This document shows positions 59,380-64,000 of a stretch of 64,000 nt of DNA, in pieces. The stretch lies in NCBI GenBank assembly GCA_038065455.1, contig JBBTQX010000002.1:55035-119034 (forward strand), written 5' to 3'. The translations under genes and the position numbers were made by a program. Every line of letters begins with the position of its first letter. Within the stretch, counting starts at the first letter, position 1. This DNA comes from Patescibacteria group bacterium (lineage in GTDB: Bacteria > Patescibacteriota > Minisyncoccia > UBA6257 > GWB1-50-10). The notes below the pieces were generated by a model, which saw only the letters and a program-made list of their open reading frames with translations, did no database searches and had not been told where the DNA came from.

Positions 59380-60234
59380 ATGGAAAACACAAAATCATTA
59401 ACCTCCGAAGAATTTGTAAAACTCTACACCAGTCAAGATTCTGATGAAAAAATAACACCAATTAAAGATGCTGTTGGTTTTAGTTTGGTGCGTAACTATC
59501 CAAAAGACTCAGATTACTTCAAGGATGGTAAGAAAATGTTTATTAAGATATTTCTTGCTGGAGACTCTGTCTGTGGTGGTGTAGATATGGTATATCCAAA
59601 TGACAAAGAGGGTAATTATACTATTGTTTCCGATGAAAAGTATAAAAAGAATGTAACTGGTTTTTTGTTCAGAAAAGAGGAAGATTTAGTTTTTGATTTT
59701 AATGAGAAAGAGATTGTGTATACACCTAAAAAACTTAGGTTCTCTGTTGATAAATTTATTAAGATACTAGTAAATAACCACCTATCAGACAGAATGTTCT
59801 GGAGAAGAATGGGGAATTATTTCACAAATATAATCCTAATGTTTCTGTTTTGGCTTTCAGATCAACATTACGAGAAAATCCAAGTCATGTTGGATATATA
59901 TAGTTCAAAGCAAGATAATAATCCTGATAAGATAGATACGAAAAACATTGAACCATTTTTTAAATACTTCCTAATAAGAAAGAATGCTCTTCTTCTTTTT
60001 CTAGTGTTACTTTTCCCTACATCTCTAATAATATCCTATATATCTGTTTTTTCAGACTATTCTCTATCCGACCCTTCTCTTATCTTATTTTTCTTTCTAT
60101 CACTATCTTCCTTAGAGAAAATCTCTATTTGGTTGGATAAAAAAATAAAAGCGCTTTTTAAAAAAGAGGATAATTTCATATATAAACTACATGATTATCA
60201 ATATAACACTCATTTTAAACTTAAATTTAAATAA
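59380..60234 (+). CDS. Hypothetical membrane protein
   Basis: Soluble N-terminal domain plus C-terminal TMs. Confidence 0.7.
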   Translation: MENTKSLTSEEFVKLYTSQDSDEKITPIKDAVGFSLVRNYPKDSDYFKDGKKMFIKIFLAGDSVCGGVDMVYPNDKEGNYTIVSDEKYKKNVTGFLFRKEEDLVFDFNEKEIVYTPKKLRFSVDKFIKILVNNHLSDRMFWRRMGNYFTNIILMFLFWLSDQHYEKIQVMLDIYSSKQDNNPDKIDTKNIEPFFKYFLIRKNALLLFLVLLFPTSLIISYISVFSDYSLSDPSLILFFFLSLSSLEKISIWLDKKIKALFKKEDNFIYKLHDYQYNTHFKLKFK

Positions 60235-60262
60235 AGACGAAAAAATGAACGGATTTTCTCCC

Positions 60263-60550
60263 TTAAGAAGTTTGATCCTTTAAAATATCCCAAAACTTCC
60301 TTTTAACTTGAGGTTTTGCTTCCTCGAATAATTCCCCTAGACTGCCGCCGATAACTCCTGCAATAAGTATGCCAAAAGGGTACCACTTCATCGGCACTAA
60401 ACTCATTCCTAAACCAATCGTAAACATCGTGAGAATCCATATGGCAATCTCGTAATCCTTGAGCCACTTCTTTATATTAATCTTGGTATACGCCCTAGAA
60501 TAATCAAGAGAACCTAAATTTTCTTCGGATGGAATTGAAAGTGTTTTCAT
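60263..60550 (-). CDS. Small two-TM protein
   Basis: Two hydrophobic helices; TATACT upstream. Confidence 0.6.
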   Translation of the reverse strand: MKTLSIPSEENLGSLDYSRAYTKINIKKWLKDYEIAIWILTMFTIGLGMSLVPMKWYPFGILIAGVIGGSLGELFEEAKPQVKRKFWDILKDQTS

Positions 60551-60691
60551 ACAGTTAATAGTATAACAATAAAAACGTTACTAACAGATAGCTTACTCCA
60601 TCAACTCAATGCTCTTATAACCAAGAATCTCTGATACAATGAATCCATGTATTTCCTATCTAAAAGGGCGGGTATAATAACCTCTTGATTG

Positions 60692-60874
60692 GGGAGCAAG
60701 CGAGCGAAATATAAAAGCGCCTTCGGGCGCTTTTATATTTCCGAGCGCGCTCCTCGGGGTATAGCGAGTTTGCGAGCTATACCGAGGAGCTGACGAGTGA
60801 AACACAAGCGCGCCTTTCGGCGCGTTTGCGTTTCCGAGACAGCGACTCGGGGTATCTGAAGGATACCGAGGAGC
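60692..60874. repeat. Tandem double-hairpin units ending in the tRNA-Asn 3' core (att-like)
   Basis: Two units of CGAGYGAAA-hairpin-TTTCCGAG...CTCGGGGTAT-hairpin-ATACCGAGGAGC. Confidence 0.7.
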
Positions 60875-61272
60875 AGAGACGGACTTCGAGCGTAAAGACG
60901 CTCGATTTCCTTTTTATCCATTGGCTTTTTAGCGGTTCGAACCTAAGGTCGTGAGAATCATCTTTATCTAAACAACTAAACAAATGGGCTCGTAACCGAT
61001 TACCACAAAAAGTAGTAACGATTACGAGCCCTTGAGCCGCGGAATACCATTCAGGTCGCCCCTTGGAGCGAAATTATTCAGTTGTTGATTTTATTATAAC
61101 ACTTCTTTAAGTTTGTTTACATTGCTCTGCCAGATGTAAGCAAACTAGCCTACTTTGTTGCCAAGTCGTAATACAGGTATTCTTATTGCAACTTACTGGT
61201 CTAACTAGTAATAAGACACGAACTTGATTTATTCGTTATAATCCGCTATAGTTGATATATCGGATTAAATAT

Positions 61273-62334
61273 ATGGCAAATAACATCAAATTAGACCAGC
61301 GGCTAGAGCATTTGCCAGCTGAAATCTGGTCAAAAATAACAAGAATTGAAGAGTTAAAGGGGCAATGGATTGCCGGAGCGCAACTCTCGCCTCAAGTATT
61401 AGGTCGTCTCAAACGATCTGTTTTGATTACTTCAACTGGAGCATCAACTCGTATTGAGGGGGCGAAGCTTTCCGATGAAGATGTGGAGAGACTCATGCGA
61501 GGTATTGATATCCAAAAATTTACTAATCGCGATAAACAGGAAGTCAAAGGGTATTACGAATTGCTTGAGAATGTGTTTAATTCTTGGAAAAGTTTGAAAT
61601 TCAATGAAAGCACTATCAAACACTTCCACAAAGAGCTTTTGAAGCATGTAGAAAAAGACGAGCTTCATCGAGGCGAGTATAAAAAGATTGAGAATAAGGT
61701 TGAAATGATAAATGCCGCCGGCGAATCCATTGGCGTGCTTTTTGATACCACGCCAGCATACCTTACGCCCAAAGAAATGCAGGAGTTGGTTGAGTGGACC
61801 GGAAGAACTCTGGCCGAGAAAAAACATCACCCGCTTCTTATCGTGGGCAACTTTCTTGTTGAATTTTTGCAGGTTCATCCGTTTCAAGACGGCAATGGTC
61901 GCCTTAGTCGTGTGCTCACCAATCTTCTTTTATTGAAAGAAGGATACTTGTATATGCCCTATGTTTCGCATGAGAAGTTAGTTGAAGATAACAAGCCGGA
62001 ATACTACCTTGCGCTTCGTCAGAGCCAAAAAACATTTAAGACAGACCACGAAACCATCATCTCGTGGTTGGATTTCTTTTTGACTATTTTCTTGAAACAA
62101 TCGGAGATGGCTATCGATCTTCTGTCCAAAGAAAACATTGAACGATTGCTTACGCAAAAACAGCTCGCTGTTTGGAATTATCTCCAAAAAGTTGATAGTG
62201 CCACACCGCGCGAGATTTCCGAACAGACGAAAGTCGCTTATCCGACTGTCAGGCAGGCAATCGATAAATTGATGCGACTCAAAAAGATTGAGCGCATCGG
62301 GCAAGGCCGTTCAACGAGCTACAGAAAACTATAA
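61273..62334 (+). CDS. Fic family protein with C-terminal HTH
   Basis: HPFQDGNGRLSR, STRIEG. Confidence 0.93.
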   Translation: MANNIKLDQRLEHLPAEIWSKITRIEELKGQWIAGAQLSPQVLGRLKRSVLITSTGASTRIEGAKLSDEDVERLMRGIDIQKFTNRDKQEVKGYYELLENVFNSWKSLKFNESTIKHFHKELLKHVEKDELHRGEYKKIENKVEMINAAGESIGVLFDTTPAYLTPKEMQELVEWTGRTLAEKKHHPLLIVGNFLVEFLQVHPFQDGNGRLSRVLTNLLLLKEGYLYMPYVSHEKLVEDNKPEYYLALRQSQKTFKTDHETIISWLDFFLTIFLKQSEMAIDLLSKENIERLLTQKQLAVWNYLQKVDSATPREISEQTKVAYPTVRQAIDKLMRLKKIERIGQGRSTSYRKL

Positions 62335-62338
62335 ACCT

Positions 62339-62530
62339 ATGCAAAAGGAAATCGCCAACAAAATCAAAGAAGAGACTTACTACAAATGCACTCATTGCGG
62401 AGATGAGATTTTTTGGAATACCCATAAAAAATTTACTTATTGCAAGTGCAAGAAAATGTGGGTTGATGGTTGTGAGGATTATGTCCGGGTTATTGGCGAC
62501 AAAGGGAATTACGAGGAAATTTTGAAATAA
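62339..62530 (+). CDS. Small zinc-ribbon protein
   Basis: CTHCGD...CKC...VDG. Confidence 0.65.
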   Translation: MQKEIANKIKEETYYKCTHCGDEIFWNTHKKFTYCKCKKMWVDGCEDYVRVIGDKGNYEEILK

Positions 62531-62532
62531 TT

Positions 62533-63195
62533 ATGAAAATAAAAGATTTGCCAAAAGTTGATAGGCCACGAGAGAAACTGGAGAAATACGGTCCAGAGCG
62601 ACTTTCGGATTCGGAACTTTTGGCAATTCTCTTGCGAACCGGAAGCGAAGGAATCAATGTCGTGGAATTATCCAGCAAGATTTTAAGAAAATTCAGCGGA
62701 GCCGGTTTAGCCAAAGCGTCGGTTAAAGAGCTGAAAAACACATTCGGTCTCGGTAGTGCAAAAGCATCCGAAATCATTGCTTGCTACGAACTCGGCCGCC
62801 GACACCTACAAAACAAGCAATCAGCACTGCTCCTATCTCCAAAAGACGTTTGGGATGAACTTAAGGATATTCGTGATCATAAAAAAGAACATTTTGTTAT
62901 TTTCTTTCTTGACTCGCGAAATCAAGAAATTAAACGCGAGATAATTTCAGTTGGTTCGCTTAACTCCAATCTTGTCCACCCTCGGGAAGTATTTGAGCCG
63001 GCAGTCAGGCATTTAGCCGCGCAAATAATTATTGCTCATAATCATCCAGCCGGAGATCCATCGCCATCACAGGAAGACTCAGATATAACCAAGCAACTGG
63101 TAGACGCCGGCAAACTTCTCGGGATCGATATAAATGATCATGTGATTGTTAGCAAGGCGAATTATTTCAGCTTCAAAGAGCATAAATTGATTTAA
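62533..63195 (+). CDS. radC: RadC/JAB-domain protein
   Basis: RPREKL...LSDSELLAILLRTG, HPREVF, AHNHPAGD...SQED, DHVIV. Confidence 0.95.
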   Translation: MKIKDLPKVDRPREKLEKYGPERLSDSELLAILLRTGSEGINVVELSSKILRKFSGAGLAKASVKELKNTFGLGSAKASEIIACYELGRRHLQNKQSALLLSPKDVWDELKDIRDHKKEHFVIFFLDSRNQEIKREIISVGSLNSNLVHPREVFEPAVRHLAAQIIIAHNHPAGDPSPSQEDSDITKQLVDAGKLLGIDINDHVIVSKANYFSFKEHKLI

Positions 63196-63200
63196 ATATT

Positions 63201-64000
63201 ATGGCTACTCAAGACACAACCGGAAAAAAGTTTATGCGCGAGACCGACGCACGGATTCTCATTGACCGCAGACTTCGCGAGGCCGAGTGGGATATTGAAA
63301 ATAAAAATCAGGTTTCTACGGAAGAGACTTCGCAGAACGGCCGTGCTGATTATATTCTCAAAGATTCAAGGGGTCGCGCCATAGCCGTTATTGAGGCAAA
63401 GCGTTTTTCTGTTGATCCGGCTTCCGCCAAGCAACAGGCTCTTTCATACGCGGAATCCATTAATGCTGGTTTCATTTTCTTATCCAACGGAGAGGAAATT
63501 TATTTTTGGGATTATAAATACCGGCCGGAACAAAAAGTCGCCACTTTTTTCTCGCAACGCGATCTTGAAAAAATCCAAACCCTCCGGCTTGAGCAAAAAC
63601 CATTGTCAGTTATTCCCATTCCGGAAAAGTATTACAAGGGCAGTGAGTGGCGTTCGCCCCGACCATACCAGAAAGAAGCGATGCAGATTATGGATAAGGC
63701 CATTGAGGGAGGCAAACGCAAAATGCTTTTGGTTATGGCAACAGGTACTGGCAAGACCGATACAATAGCTCTCTATCTTAAACGGTTATTTGAAGCCGGA
63801 CTTGCCAATCGCGCTCTCTTTCTGGTGGATCGCATTGATCTGGGAGTTCAAACAAAGGAAGTCTTTGACGAAATCCTTAAAGACTACCCATCCAAACTGC
63901 TCTATGGCGGCAAACAGCGCGACGAATCGTCAATTATTATTTCAACTCTCCCGACTCTCTACTCCCAACTTTCGCTATTCACCAGCGGTTATTTTGATGT
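63201..64000 (+). CDS. hsdR: Type I restriction enzyme R subunit-like protein (runs off window edge)
   Basis: Manual translation: RADYIL...VIEAK...QALSYA...LSNG, RPYQ, MATGTGKT, LFLVDR. Confidence 0.88.
   Translation, partial: MATQDTTGKKFMRETDARILIDRRLREAEWDIENKNQVSTEETSQNGRADYILKDSRGRAIAVIEAKRFSVDPASAKQQALSYAESINAGFIFLSNGEEIYFWDYKYRPEQKVATFFSQRDLEKIQTLRLEQKPLSVIPIPEKYYKGSEWRSPRPYQKEAMQIMDKAIEGGKRKMLLVMATGTGKTDTIALYLKRLFEAGLANRALFLVDRIDLGVQTKEVFDEILKDYPSKLLYGGKQRDESSIIISTLPTLYSQLSLFTSGYFD

Larger units (their letters stand above)
45289..60874. mobile_element. Integrative element/defence island at the tRNA-Asn 3' end
   Basis: Integrase abuts the tRNA; visibly AT-richer; CCGAGGAGC tRNA 3'-end core recurs at 60782-60790 and 60866-60874. 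Confidence 0.75.

Noticed and set aside
60790-60835. Hammerhead ribozyme core CTGACGA...GAAAC
   Set aside because: Only 2 nt where stem II should be, and GAAAC pairs fully with GTTTC in a plain hairpin mirrored in the neighbouring unit.
45289-60874. Prophage
   Set aside because: No terminase, capsid, tail or lysis genes recognisable.
63391-63768. 125-aa ORF in the ORF track
   Set aside because: Alternative frame within the HsdR-like gene that starts at 63201 and runs off the window.

Overview
Window from a small-genome bacterium, most likely Patescibacteria/CPR (Parcubacteria-like). This is inferred from the gene set: short GAD-less AspRS, split ComEC, paired TraD-like ATPases, and few Shine-Dalgarno sites. 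Bases 1-45.0 kb are housekeeping genes almost all on the minus strand (eno fragment, 2-hydroxyacid dehydrogenase, ppsA, glycerate kinase, a copper/thiol-redox cluster, ndk, aspS, comEC, mnmA, efp, secDF, tgt, MacAB-like ABC transporter, malic enzyme, UvrD, UDG, hisS, uppP), ending at tRNA-Lys(TTT) and a tRNA-Asn(GTT) split by a 190-nt group I intron. From 45.3 kb an AT-richer island is integrated at the tRNA-Asn 3' end. It carries a large serine recombinase whose stop codon lies inside the tRNA, a Zn-finger/AAA_25 helicase, and a PD-(D/E)XK-mod-OLD-res type III RM cassette between 143-bp direct repeats. A second segment (Fic, RadC, HsdR) follows. The most striking unexplained signal is a family of four elements with asymmetric, covarying terminal inverted repeats (CCAGGYAGT-AG/GA-AAAT-K-CG). 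One copy tightly encloses a small GIY-YIG nuclease gene interrupted at an in-frame A_AAA_AAG slippery site; the other three are empty MITE-like copies. Several other palindromic or heptamer repeats sit in frame inside housekeeping genes. All calls come from reading the sequence; no database searches were run.
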